64,000 bases of DNA from Candidatus Harrisonbacteria bacterium (GTDB lineage Bacteria; Patescibacteriota; Minisyncoccia; UBA6257; 1-14-0-10-40-38): NCBI GenBank assembly GCA_023245035.1, contig JAHFLD010000002.1, forward strand, positions 131,517-195,516. The letters are read 5' to 3'. The position numbers and the translations under genes were made by a program. Positions 1-8,908 of this stretch are shown piece after piece. Each line of letters starts with the position of its first letter. Position 1 is the stretch's first letter. The notes beneath the pieces are model-generated. The model saw only the letters and a list, made by a program, of their open reading frames with translations. It did no database searches and was not told where the DNA came from.

Positions 1-350
1 GCGGGTGGCTCCACCTCTTTGGAAATACAATCCGGACACTCAATAATCTCGTCTTGACTTTCGATCCGACAATAGCCGAAACCGAGGCAAATGTTGCAAT
101 CCGGTTTGGCGGCTTTTTGAACATGATCAAGTTGGAAATTGCAGAGCTTGCTTCGGGGCGCAATCTTGTCGTAGAGCAGGCCACAATTACGGCAGGTGAG
201 CTTGATTATCCGCTGTTTGAGATTCAACCCGGGACCGATTCTTGCATTTGGACCAAAGGGCGGAAAGGCAAACCAAACTTGCAATTCAATCTTGCCAGTA
301 CCACAGGCGGCACAGTTGCCAGCGTGGATGAAGTCTTGATTTTTTGGCAT
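1..350 (-). CDS. Cys-rich zinc-finger protein (four CxxC motifs, DnaJ-type CxxCxGxG-like), partial - C-terminus outside window
   Basis: Minus-strand translation from ATG (revcomp of cat at 348-350): MPKNQDFIHAGNCAACGTGK...CRNCG...CNICLGFGY...CPDC. A strong Shine-Dalgarno AAGGAGG lies 7 nt upstream. The plus-strand ORF 54-383 is antisense to it. Confidence 0.5.
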   Translation of the reverse strand, partial: MPKNQDFIHAGNCAACGTGKIELQVWFAFPPFGPNARIGPGLNLKQRIIKLTCRNCGLLYDKIAPRSKLCNFQLDHVQKAAKPDCNICLGFGYCRIESQDEIIECPDCISKEVEPP

Positions 351-490
351 CGACAAACCTCCTTGTTAAGGTTCTATAAATAGTGTCTTTGAAACCAGGC
401 AAGATGTCAATTTGAATTTGGTAAATTTTTATATTCCCCAGCTTTGCGCCAATCGCGCTGTGCTATACTCCAAAAGCGCAAAATAAAATT

Positions 491-844
491 ATGGAAAATC
501 TACAAGATGTTTTTAATCGGATTCAGGAACAGGCCAAAGAACAGCGGGTTATGAAAGAAGCTTATCGCGAGAGCTTGGAGTCCAACACCGAATATCAGGA
601 GCTGGTGGAAAAACTTCAGGGTTTAAAGGATCGCAAAAAGCAAATTGAATTTATGGTTAGCGAGCAGTTGGCGGATCAGATGGAAAAAATTGAGCGGATT
701 CAAAAAGCCATCGCTTCCGACAAGCAGATTCTAGCCGATATCGCGCTCTCAACTTATGTTAAGGGCGAGCAGGTGGAGGTTGTTGGCCCCAAGAATGAGC
801 CGTACGAGCCGCAATTTAGCGTTCGCTTTAAGAAGAAACCGTAG
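491..844 (+). CDS. hypothetical coiled-coil protein
   Basis: 117-aa ORF, charged and helical (EQ/KE-rich), preceded by an extended -10-like TGCTATACT. No recognisable domain. Confidence 0.4.
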   Translation: MENLQDVFNRIQEQAKEQRVMKEAYRESLESNTEYQELVEKLQGLKDRKKQIEFMVSEQLADQMEKIERIQKAIASDKQILADIALSTYVKGEQVEVVGPKNEPYEPQFSVRFKKKP

Positions 845-923
845 ATGGCGAGAACAGAGGGTTAGCGCAGATGCTGTAAATGTTTTATGTGTTCATGGTG
901 GCGCAAATGGCCAACTTTCTGCT

Positions 924-1319
924 TTAACGAACGGCTTCACCGAAGGCTTCGTCTTCACTGTCGGCTATGGCCTCGGACTTAGTGCGGTGAATTCGGCCGT
1001 CGATGTGATTGGGCGGGGTATAGACGGTGAAAATTTTGAGCGGCTCACTGCCGGTATTTATAAAGTTGTGGCGAGTTCCGGGTGTGACGATGACCACGTC
1101 GCCAGGGTTAATTAAAGACTCCACGCCATTGATTATCGCCTTGCCGGTGCCGCTTAAAAAGAAGAGGGTTTGTTCAACATGAGTGTGGACTTCTTCGCCG
1201 ATTTCAATCTGTGGCGGAATGCTCATCACAACCAGCTGGCTTTGTTTTTCGGTAAAAAGCACTTGGCGAAAGTTGGTATTTTCGCGGGCGGCTTTGAAGA
1301 TATTGATTTTGAAGGACAT
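924..1319 (-). CDS. cupin-domain protein
   Basis: 131 aa. Contains a GEEVHTHVEQTLFFLSGTG...GDVVIVTPGTRHNFINTG pattern typical of the small cupin barrel (two His-containing motifs). Confidence 0.55.
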   Translation of the reverse strand: MSFKINIFKAARENTNFRQVLFTEKQSQLVVMSIPPQIEIGEEVHTHVEQTLFFLSGTGKAIINGVESLINPGDVVIVTPGTRHNFINTGSEPLKIFTVYTPPNHIDGRIHRTKSEAIADSEDEAFGEAVR

Positions 1320-1344
1320 ATGTCACTAGTGTAATCTAAATATT

Positions 1345-1992
1345 ATGAAGCGTCAGCCTTTAGCTAAATCGTCAGAATCTCGGCCGGTTAATTACGATGG
1401 AAGCAGGTGCCAGTGGACGCGCGATGACGTCTTGATGAATGAATATCACGACCATGAGTGGGGCGTGCCGTTGAGAGACGCCCAGAAGCTGTTTGAGTTT
1501 TTGGTTTTAGACGCTTTTCAGGCTGGTTTAAGCTGGCGAACGGTGCTTTATAAGCGAGAAAATTTTAGGAGGGCATTTGACGGATTTAATCCGGAACGCA
1601 TCGCCAAGTATGGATCCACGCAGGTGGCAAAACTTCTGCGAGATGAGGGGATTATTCGCAATCGAGCCAAAGTCGCCGGAACGATTAAAAACGCCCGGGC
1701 TTTTTTGGAGTTTCGCCGGTCGGGCAAAAGTTTCGCGGAATTGGTTTGGCAATCGGTTAAGGGCAAGCCAAAAGTTAATCGGTGGAGAAAAATGGGAGAG
1801 TTGCCGGCGCGGACCAAGGAGTCGGATTTTTTGAGCGCGTTGCTTAAAGAGAATGGCTTTGTTTTTGTGGGCAGTACGATTTGTTATGCCTTTATGCAGG
1901 CGGCTGGATTGGTGAATGACCACGTGATAAGCTGTCCGCGCTTTAAAGCGGTTCTTGATTTGAGTTTGCCAAGCAGACCAAGTAGAGGGTAG
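1345..1992 (+). CDS. tag: DNA-3-methyladenine glycosylase I
   Basis: Carries the Tag signature EYHDHEWGVP and the FEFLVLDAFQAGLSW motif. Length 215 aa. Confidence 0.85.
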   Translation: MKRQPLAKSSESRPVNYDGSRCQWTRDDVLMNEYHDHEWGVPLRDAQKLFEFLVLDAFQAGLSWRTVLYKRENFRRAFDGFNPERIAKYGSTQVAKLLRDEGIIRNRAKVAGTIKNARAFLEFRRSGKSFAELVWQSVKGKPKVNRWRKMGELPARTKESDFLSALLKENGFVFVGSTICYAFMQAAGLVNDHVISCPRFKAVLDLSLPSRPSRG

Positions 1993-2232
1993 AATCTAAA
2001 AAGCACGTTCGTTTTTGAGCGAAAGGAGCCTGCGTGCTGATGTCTAACGGGCGATTGTACCGACCGCTACCTTACTTTCTGCCGTTCGATACTCGACGCA
2101 ACCGTTGCGTGCCATTCAGGATGCTCTTCCGCCACTTCTCGGCGATACGAAGGAAGTTCGGGAAGCGGAAGAGAGGATGGTGATCGCGAGCCCCCAAGTC
2201 GGGGGCTTCTTTATTGGGAGGACCACTCATTT

Positions 2233-2345
2233 TGATGCATTTTTTTGTTGCGGGCTCCGGTGCTCAACGCAGTACTTGTATAAGTACAGCTTATTCCGCT
2301 CCTCGCCCGCGCCTCAAACTGCATTCAAAATGCGTAGGTCCTAAA
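2233..2345. repeat. R1 element copy (about 110 nt, T-run followed by GTTGCGGGC...GTACTTnnnnAAGTAC...GCCCGCGCC) ending in a decayed GIY-YIG start (ATGCATCAAAAT on the minus strand)
   Basis: Near-identical to 35111-35215 and partly to 9340-9420. Sits between the convergent genes tag and tsaC. Confidence 0.6.
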
Positions 2346-2390
2346 AAATACTATACAAATTAATTGGAACTAGGCCTGAGCCTTGAACTA

Positions 2391-2427
2391 CCTGCCCGAA
2401 CGATTACGTTCAGTCGGGCGGGCATCC
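2391..2427. repeat. GC palindrome (R2 family, inverted-loop variant)
   Basis: CCTGCCCGAACGATTACGTTCAGTCGGGCGGGCATCC. It shares its ends (CTGCCC...CGGGCGGGCATCC) with the copy at 9421-9461. Confidence 0.5.
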
Positions 2428-2468
2428 TAATTCTTAAGTCCCGATAGGGTAAGAATATCCGTGTTCTG

Positions 2469-3026
2469 TTACAGATTCACCGGAACTAGACCCGCGCCTT
2501 GGCGAAGGATTTTGATTTTATCGCCGTTAAATTCCAGCAGAGTTGAGGGCTGGCCGGAAATTTCGCCACCGTCTAGATAGATTTTGATTCGGTCGCCAAA
2601 GTAGCTTTGCGCCTCTTTGATGTTGCGTGCCGTTGGCTCACCTTGCGGATTGGCGCTTGGCGCCAAAAGCGGGCCGGTTGTTTGGAGTAGCGCTTGCAGG
2701 GTGGCTTTGGCCGGAACTCGAAAGGCCAGCGAGTTCATTCCCCGATGGAGATAGGCGAATTTTGGATTGACACAGGGAAGGATAACGCTAAACGTGCCAG
2801 GCCAGAGCTTGGCGAGAATCTCTTTTTGGCGCGGAGTCGGCGTGATGCCAAATTTTTCCAGCTCCGAAATATCGGCGATTAAAATAATGCAGGGCTTGTT
2901 TTCATCCCGCCCGCGAATGGCGTAGAGATTTTCTACCGCTTCGGGTAGCAATGCCGAGGCGACTAGGCCGTAGATTGTATCGGTCGGAATGATTGCGAGG
3001 GCGCCATTTTTTATGGAATCCATCAT
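2469..3026 (-). CDS. tsaC: L-threonylcarbamoyladenylate synthase (YrdC/Sua5 family)
   Basis: N-terminal motif AIIPTDTIYGL plus LLAPSANPQGEPTA, both typical of YrdC/TsaC. Length 185 aa. Confidence 0.8.
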   Translation of the reverse strand: MMDSIKNGALAIIPTDTIYGLVASALLPEAVENLYAIRGRDENKPCIILIADISELEKFGITPTPRQKEILAKLWPGTFSVILPCVNPKFAYLHRGMNSLAFRVPAKATLQALLQTTGPLLAPSANPQGEPTARNIKEAQSYFGDRIKIYLDGGEISGQPSTLLEFNGDKIKILRQGAGLVPVNL

Positions 3027-3061
3027 AGGGTGAAGGAGGGGGTGCGGCTTGTAGAAAAAAA

Positions 3062-3748
3062 TTAGGACGAATTGGGGATGACTATTTTGGCGGTTTGAGT
3101 TCCCAGGCGGATTATGGCTTCGTCGTGAACGACGAGCGGGATCTCCTCTTTTTGATTGTCGGCGTAGATGACCGCCGGACCACGGATGATGCGGATTTTG
3201 ATGACGCTTTGCTCCTTGAGAACCATGTGGTCGGACTGCTCGGTGCTGTTGTTGAAGGCGAGGCCAATGCCGAGTTCAAAAAAGCTATCGGTGATACTGC
3301 GGTAATAGGCGCTGGAGCCAAAAGGGGTGGCGACCACGATACCGTCGCCGATGATTTCGCTACCGACTGGCGCGTCGTTGACGGTTAAGGCGTAGCGAAT
3401 GGCGTGGCGCGGGTTTTGGTTGTGTAGAATAATATCGTTGAGCGCGGTTAGTGTTTTTTGGTGGGCGGTTACTTCGAGTTTGGGCATGGTTTCAATAGAA
3501 TACTGACTGCTGATCACGCGACGCAAAACCTCTTCATTGGTATGCGAGGAGCACTTTTTGCAGATGGCGCTGTTTTTGAGGACGATTTTTGGAATTCCGG
3601 GATAGAGATGTTCGGATTCCATGAGCGTGCCATCACCGCCGAAACTTGCTACAAAATCGGGGCTTGCTTCGGTCACGGCAAAGCCGAGTTTTTTAATGAT
3701 CGGCGCGAGTTGGTGGTGGTCTTTACCGAAGAGGAGGATAGATGGCAT
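3062..3748 (-). CDS. nadK: NAD kinase
   Basis: Contains the FGGDGTLM (GGDGT) motif and the NAD-kinase C-terminal region. Length 228 aa. Confidence 0.85.
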   Translation of the reverse strand: MPSILLFGKDHHQLAPIIKKLGFAVTEASPDFVASFGGDGTLMESEHLYPGIPKIVLKNSAICKKCSSHTNEEVLRRVISSQYSIETMPKLEVTAHQKTLTALNDIILHNQNPRHAIRYALTVNDAPVGSEIIGDGIVVATPFGSSAYYRSITDSFFELGIGLAFNNSTEQSDHMVLKEQSVIKIRIIRGPAVIYADNQKEEIPLVVHDEAIIRLGTQTAKIVIPNSS

Positions 3749-3838
3749 GGTTGAAGTTTAGGATAGAAGATTGATTTGAGCGAGTCTAGCTGTACGATTT
3801 ATTGAGTTTTTACCGAAAAAGGGTTATTGTTTGACCAT

Positions 3839-3912
3839 TGCCGGGTCGTCTAATGGTAGGACAGCGGCCTTTGAAGCCGTGAATCTTGGTTCGATTCCAG
3901 GCCCGGCAGCCA
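3839..3912 (+). tRNA. tRNA-Gln (anticodon TTG), CCA encoded
   Basis: Hand-folded cloverleaf. Acceptor stem TGCCGGG/CCCGGCA, anticodon stem GCGGC/GCCGT with loop CTTTGAA, T-arm TTGGTTCGATTCCAG, discriminator G followed by CCA. Confidence 0.8.
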
Positions 3913-3957
3913 CATTGTATTTAAAAAGTTGAAAATATAATTTTAATATCGCTTGAT

Positions 3958-4419
3958 ATGAAGTGGAAGAAACCACCAAGAATTAAAATTTATGAGGCGC
4001 TTGGTTCGGTGGCTGATAAGCGAATCGAAATTCTAGGAAATACAGCTAAGGTCTATTCTTCGAGTGGAAATAAATTTTATGAAGTTTCCTTTGATGGAGA
4101 AAGAAATGCCATTATGGCAAATGACAACGGTTCTTACTGGCATGGTTATCTTGGTTATCCAGCTATAGCATTTTTGTTTAAGGTGGGATTGCTTGAATTA
4201 AAGCCGGACATAGCGAATCTTCTTGCTGGAATTAAGTGGAAGGATTTAAATCAGAAATTTAAAAATGATTTTGATAAGACGCTAGAATATATCGGGGAGT
4301 CTTTTGATGCTGCCGAGAAAAATATTATCTTGTCTTATGTAGAAGAGATTGAGCAAAAAATTGTTGAGCTTGACTTGAATCTTCTTGGTGATAAGACGAT
4401 GCCACCACGCGGTTATTGA
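3958..4419 (+). CDS. hypothetical protein (first gene of an AT-rich islet downstream of tRNA-Gln)
   Basis: 153-aa ORF in an AT-rich stretch directly 3' of a tRNA. No confident domain call. Confidence 0.4.
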   Translation: MKWKKPPRIKIYEALGSVADKRIEILGNTAKVYSSSGNKFYEVSFDGERNAIMANDNGSYWHGYLGYPAIAFLFKVGLLELKPDIANLLAGIKWKDLNQKFKNDFDKTLEYIGESFDAAEKNIILSYVEEIEQKIVELDLNLLGDKTMPPRGY

Positions 4420-4518
4420 ATATTTATTGCAGAGATATTTTCCCGGGAAAACTCAATAAATACAAATCGAAGTTGGGATGTGTGATGAAAGTATTAGATC
4501 TGTGTTAGAATAGAAACT

Positions 4519-4743
4519 ATGAAAAAGTTTACATGCAAGGAAATTATGAATGGTGATGGCGGATGCGATATGGTGTTTGAAGGCGTGGAAATGATGGATG
4601 TCGCAGGTCAATGCGGTAGACATGTCGCCGGTACGACTGATACTTTGCATAAGCCGATGCGGGATATGATGACAGCCAATCATACCGAGGAAGAAAAGAA
4701 AAAGTGGTTTGAATGGTTTAAGGGTGTTTGGGACGCTAAATAA
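4519..4743 (+). CDS. small metal-binding-like protein (DUF1059-like)
   Basis: 74 aa, MKKFTCKEIMNGDGGCDMVFEG... The resemblance to the DUF1059 family comes from memory only. Confidence 0.35.
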   Translation: MKKFTCKEIMNGDGGCDMVFEGVEMMDVAGQCGRHVAGTTDTLHKPMRDMMTANHTEEEKKKWFEWFKGVWDAK

Positions 4744-4757
4744 AACTTTGGAATTGT

Positions 4758-5141
4758 ATGGAAGTTTTAATTGGAACACTCGCATACCTTATCGCAACCT
4801 TTCCGCTGGCTTTTTTTTGGCACATGAAAATATTCAGAACCAAATATATGGCTTGGGGATATTTTGGCGAGGATGCAAAGATCGCTTTCGGATTTCTCTC
4901 AATGATATTGCAGGGCGTTGTTTTGTCCTATGGATACTCGGTGCTTTCAGCGGATCACTCCTCAATGTCTATTGGTATTAAATATGCTTTTGTTATGGGG
5001 CTTTTTCTTTGGAGTACGCACGTGTTAGCGGCAATCGCCAAGAACTCTAAATTGAGACATCTTGAATTTGTTGCAATGGAGACAATCTATTTGGCTATTC
5101 AGTTTGGCGTTTATGGAATCCTTATAAGTTTAATTTTTTAA
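4758..5141 (+). CDS. hypothetical integral membrane protein
   Basis: 127 aa with three or four hydrophobic helices. Confidence 0.4.
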   Translation: MEVLIGTLAYLIATFPLAFFWHMKIFRTKYMAWGYFGEDAKIAFGFLSMILQGVVLSYGYSVLSADHSSMSIGIKYAFVMGLFLWSTHVLAAIAKNSKLRHLEFVAMETIYLAIQFGVYGILISLIF

Positions 5142-5165
5142 GCAAGTTTCGCCCATATCTAATTT

Positions 5166-5213
5166 AAAAAAAGACCCCGCGCTCCCAAGCTTCGTAGCTT
5201 GAAATCACGGGGT
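5166..5213 (-). terminator. intrinsic terminator for the 5271-6005 gene
   Basis: Minus-strand hairpin CCCCGTGATTTCAAGCTACGAAGCTTGGGAGCGCGGGG followed by TCTTTTTT. Confidence 0.6.
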
Positions 5214-5270
5214 TGAGGACCAAGGCCAGAGGATCAAGAGATCCAAAAGGGCCCAGGTCAAAGAGCCAAG

Positions 5271-6005
5271 TTACTTGCGGCGAACAAAGACGAACAGATT
5301 GCCAGCGCACCACTTATTGCCAAGATGACCGCAGTAGCCGTTCAGCCAGACGTCAGCGATACGGCGAAACACGTCGAACACCTTGGGGTAGCCGCCTGAA
5401 CCGGTGATCGGATCCATGGCCACCACGATCCACTCGCCCATCGGCTGATCCGTATACTGCAGACGCAGTTGCGGACCGACTTCGGCGGGGCAGAGCTCAA
5501 GACCGAACTCCTTGGCCTTGGCGCAGATGTCCCGGTAGATGACGCCATTTTGGAGGCCAAGCTCGGCGATGGTGAGAAGCACGAGATCAACTTCAATCTC
5601 GGTGGGGCTCACCGTCAAAGCGGGCTGGCCCAAGATGTCGTTTGCGTGGTCGCTGATGCGGAACTTGAGGCTCTTTATCGCCTTACGGAAGTCGTCAGCG
5701 GTTTTGAGACCGGTGCCGAGCTTGATCGTCTTCCAGATGGGGAAATCACGAGGAGTTGAAGGAGTGCGTCGGGAAACGATGAGGTCTCCTCGAAGGAAGG
5801 CTTGGACACCCTCCGCCGTACCCATGTGAGCATCTTGCCCGATCTTCATGAGCGCGGCATCCAATTGTCCGCGCGTGAAATCCTTAAGTTCGTTTATGCT
5901 TCCCATGTGGGGTTGCTCTTTCTCCAGCTTGTTGCCGGAAATCATGCTTCTACCCAAAGCGGGGGCCTGGCCAAAATGGTCATAGCCAGAAAGCCTCGTT
6001 TGCAA
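5271..6005 (-). CDS. hypothetical protein, member A of a GC-rich paralogous family (see 50623-51162)
   Basis: 244-aa ORF. Its C-terminal half aligns with ORF 50623-51162: ICAKAKEFGLELCPAEV / ICAEAKRRKLSKPNAEV, IVVAM / ICIVAM, GNKWCAGNLFVFV / GNGWCHGYGFAFAV. The antisense ORFs here are taken as GC artefacts. Confidence 0.5.
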   Translation of the reverse strand: MQTRLSGYDHFGQAPALGRSMISGNKLEKEQPHMGSINELKDFTRGQLDAALMKIGQDAHMGTAEGVQAFLRGDLIVSRRTPSTPRDFPIWKTIKLGTGLKTADDFRKAIKSLKFRISDHANDILGQPALTVSPTEIEVDLVLLTIAELGLQNGVIYRDICAKAKEFGLELCPAEVGPQLRLQYTDQPMGEWIVVAMDPITGSGGYPKVFDVFRRIADVWLNGYCGHLGNKWCAGNLFVFVRRK

Positions 6006-6135
6006 GACCTTTTGGCTATGACCACCTTTTTTGTCGCTATTTAATGAACTGTTGGTATTGTGGCACGCAAAGTCTTATTTTGTCAATATCCCTCGGTAAT
6101 TATCTTAACAGCGCGTTACTGATTTGAGTTATGCA

Positions 6136-6163
6136 CATAAAAAAACCGCGGGGGGAGCGGTTT
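6136..6163 (-). terminator. intrinsic terminator after the Cys-rich gene
   Basis: Minus strand reads ACCGCTCCCCCCGCGGT followed by TTTTTTTA. Confidence 0.55.
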
Positions 6164-6188
6164 GGGTGAGGACGACTATTTTTTGCGG

Positions 6189-6437
6189 TCAGCGACGAAT
6201 CACGCGAAATGGAGCCTTGTGTCGACATTCACGGCAGAGGTAGAACTTTTCCCAGCGGAATCTGTGGCCGTCTATCATCTCTTTCATGAAGTGTGCCGAG
6301 CCGACTCCGCGCATACGGCAGTTACGCAGACTACAACGCATGTTGGCGTGCTTGGGGCAGAGGCTATCTTGCGATACCGGCTTCTTGCAAGTTCCACCGA
6401 GAGCAAAGCGAAAGACGCACCCGCGTGCGAATGACAT
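6189..6437 (-). CDS. small basic Cys/His-rich protein (putative zinc-binding)
   Basis: 82 aa with seven Cys and five His, including CPKH, CSLRNC and CRECRH. GAAGGAG lies 8 nt upstream of the ATG. Located directly downstream of typA. Confidence 0.5.
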   Translation of the reverse strand: MSFARGCVFRFALGGTCKKPVSQDSLCPKHANMRCSLRNCRMRGVGSAHFMKEMIDGHRFRWEKFYLCRECRHKAPFRVIRR

Positions 6438-6513
6438 GCCAAGACTCCTTCAATTTATGGGTCAAAAAATGAGCTTTCGGTACTTTAGCATCACATCTTC
6501 AAGCGCGCAATGT

Positions 6514-8304
6514 TTATTTACGAGCGCTGTTTTTGAGAACGCGCTTGCGGAGGCGGATGTTTTGCGGAGTAACTTCCACCAGTTCATCGTCGCCGATGTA
6601 TTCCAGCGCTTGTTCAAGCGACATCAAGCGAGGCGGAATCAAATCCGAGCTTAATTGCTCCACCTTGGCGCGAAAATTGTTGAGCTGTTTTAACTTGCAA
6701 ACATTCGCGATCATATCCAGTTCTTTGGCGTTTTGACCGACGATTTGGCCTTCGTAAACTTTGACGGCCGGGCCGACGAAGAGCTCGCCGCGTTCCTGGG
6801 TATTCAATAAGCCGTAGGAGGTGGTGGTTCCGGCTTCGGAGGCGACGATTGAACCATGCGGATTGCTTTCCAAGCCGTTCGCAAGCGGATGATAGCCCGC
6901 GAAGAGGGTGTTCATGATGCCGTTGCCCTTGGTCTCAATCAAAAATTCATTGCGGAAGCCGATAAGTCCGCGGGTTGGGATAAAAAAGTGAAAGGAGGCG
7001 ATGCCGTTTTCCACGTGCATATTCCGCAGTTCGCCTTTGCGCTTGCTCATTTTTTCGATGGTGGTTCCGGAATAAGACTCGGGAACTTCCAGCCAGGCGT
7101 CTTCGAACGGCTCTTGGGTTTGGCCGTTTTCGGTTTTGAAAATAACTTCGGGGCGGGAGACTTGAAGTTCGTAGCCCTCGCGGCGCATTTTTTCAATCAA
7201 GATAGAAAGGTGAAGTTCACCACGGCCGGAGACCACGAACTCGTCGGGGGATTTTCCGTCTTCCACTCGCAGGGCGACGTCGTTGTCTAATTCTTTTTCC
7301 AAACGCTCTCCCAAGTTGCGCGAGGTGCAGAACTTACCCTCTTTGCCAGCAAAAGGCGAGTTGTTAACCGAGAAGATCATCTTGACAGTCGGTTGCTCGA
7401 TGGCAATCGGGGCGAGAGCTTCCGGATTTTCGGCGTCCGCGATGGTATCGCCGATGCTAATGCCATCAATGCCGGCGATAGCGGCGATGTCGCCGGCGAT
7501 AACTTCGGAGGTTTCAATCCGAGCGAGTCCCATAAAGGTGGTGATGTTGGTTAATTTGCCGGAAATTGACTGGCCTTCGCGGGTGATTCGGGTAATCGGC
7601 TGGCCGACTTTCATAATTCCTCGGCTAACTCGACCAATGCCGATCTTGCCCTTAAAGTTGTCGTAAGAGACCGAGACGACCATCAACTGCAGATTGCCCT
7701 TGGTGTCGGCTTTGGGCGCGGGGATGTGCTCGATAATGGCCTCAAACATCGGTTTCATGTCGGCCATCTTTTCCAATTCCGGCACGTGGCCGGCTTTGCC
7801 GAGTTTTCCGGCGGCATAAACAATCGGGAAGTTGAGCTGTTCGTCGGTGGCGTTTAATTCAATAAAAAGTTCCAGTACCTTGTCTAGTACGTAATTAACC
7901 CGCGCGTTTTTTTTATCCACCTTGTTGATGACGACAATAATTTTGTGACCCATCCCGAGGGCTTTTTTGAGAACGAAGCGGGTTTGAGGCATGGGGCCTT
8001 CCTGGGCGTCTACCAAAAGAAGCGAGCCGTCGGCCATATTCAAGACTCGTTCCACCTCGCCGCCGAAGTCGGCGTGACCGGGGGTGTCGATGATATTAAT
8101 TTTGGTTTCGCCGTACATGATGGCGGCGTTTTTGGAAAAAATCGTAATGCCGCGCTCTCGCTCGATTTCGTTGGAGTCCATTATGAGTTCTTTGTCGCTA
8201 AACTTGCCGAGGTCGGTGTCGGATTGTTTTAGCAAGGTATCCACGAGCGTGGTCTTGCCGTGGTCAACGTGAGCGATAATGGCGATGTTGCGAAGTTGGG
8301 ACAT
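6514..8304 (-). CDS. typA: translational GTPase TypA/BipA
   Basis: G-domain AIIAHVDHGKTTLVD, DTPGHADF and NKVD motifs. The start was trimmed to MSQLRNI (ATG at 8302-8304), because the longer ORF to 8388 adds a non-homologous N-terminal extension. Confidence 0.9.
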   Translation of the reverse strand: MSQLRNIAIIAHVDHGKTTLVDTLLKQSDTDLGKFSDKELIMDSNEIERERGITIFSKNAAIMYGETKINIIDTPGHADFGGEVERVLNMADGSLLLVDAQEGPMPQTRFVLKKALGMGHKIIVVINKVDKKNARVNYVLDKVLELFIELNATDEQLNFPIVYAAGKLGKAGHVPELEKMADMKPMFEAIIEHIPAPKADTKGNLQLMVVSVSYDNFKGKIGIGRVSRGIMKVGQPITRITREGQSISGKLTNITTFMGLARIETSEVIAGDIAAIAGIDGISIGDTIADAENPEALAPIAIEQPTVKMIFSVNNSPFAGKEGKFCTSRNLGERLEKELDNDVALRVEDGKSPDEFVVSGRGELHLSILIEKMRREGYELQVSRPEVIFKTENGQTQEPFEDAWLEVPESYSGTTIEKMSKRKGELRNMHVENGIASFHFFIPTRGLIGFRNEFLIETKGNGIMNTLFAGYHPLANGLESNPHGSIVASEAGTTTSYGLLNTQERGELFVGPAVKVYEGQIVGQNAKELDMIANVCKLKQLNNFRAKVEQLSSDLIPPRLMSLEQALEYIGDDELVEVTPQNIRLRKRVLKNSARK

Positions 8305-8465
8305 ATAAAAGATTAGAGAATAAAAAAGCCGGGGTTGTTTCCCAAGCAGTGGTAGGGGAATGGTACACAAAAGCCGACGGCTTGTCAAAAAAAGTCCCGC
8401 GTTTATCTGGCGGGACTTTGGAGTATTACTATTTTTGGCGCTGGGGTGCTGGAGCCCCTAGGAAT

Positions 8466-8780
8466 TCAGGGTGTAAAAACCTTGGTATCCATCTGGTAAT
8501 TCCACCCGACTTCCACCTTGGATCCTTCCTCGCCATACAGTTCGTAGGAGTTCGTTGCCCCAGCGTCCATTTTGACTTCGATAATCCACGTGTCGGGGAC
8601 GGATGCGTAGGATTCTATCGATGTCAGGAAGTTGGTTTGTTTTGCCGAGTGCGCTGGTCGAAGTGTCTTCTTAACAACGGTTCCATGGTAGTTTCTGGAA
8701 CATGGATTGCAGGAGGTGGTGAAAATTGTAACGGCGGCCAGGAATCCAAGCGACAAGAGTCGCTTCGTAATGGAACTCAT
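8466..8780 (-). CDS. small secreted protein or lipoprotein
   Basis: 104 aa with a signal-peptide-like N-terminus ending in a Cys (LAAVTIFTTSC). Confidence 0.4.
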   Translation of the reverse strand: MSSITKRLLSLGFLAAVTIFTTSCNPCSRNYHGTVVKKTLRPAHSAKQTNFLTSIESYASVPDTWIIEVKMDAGATNSYELYGEEGSKVEVGWNYQMDTKVFTP

Positions 8781-8908
8781 GGTACCTGCTTTTCAAGGAA
8801 CTGCCGAAACGCTCGGTTAGGCGGCGTCTCTAAAAATTAGAGGACTTGCCTAGTTTTGTCTATATCTATTTTTTTGTCAAGCCCGACGCAGTAGACGCGC
8901 GCAAGGGG

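Noticed and set aside
54-383. Plus-strand 109-aa ORF at the window start
   Set aside because: It lies antisense to a minus-strand Cys-rich gene that has a perfect AAGGAGG-7nt-ATG start at 350. The plus ORF has no RBS and no recognisable features.
756-1115. 119-aa plus-strand ORF
   Set aside because: It overlaps the cupin gene on the opposite strand and has an Arg/Ala-rich low-complexity translation typical of antisense frames.
6162-6434. 90-aa plus-strand ORF antisense to the Cys-rich small gene
   Set aside because: The minus-strand gene has an SD and a terminator. The plus frame has neither.
8304-8388. N-terminal 28-aa extension of typA in the ORF track
   Set aside because: The extension is non-homologous. 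The conserved G-domain begins at MSQLRNIAIIAHVDHGKTT, which has its own ATG.
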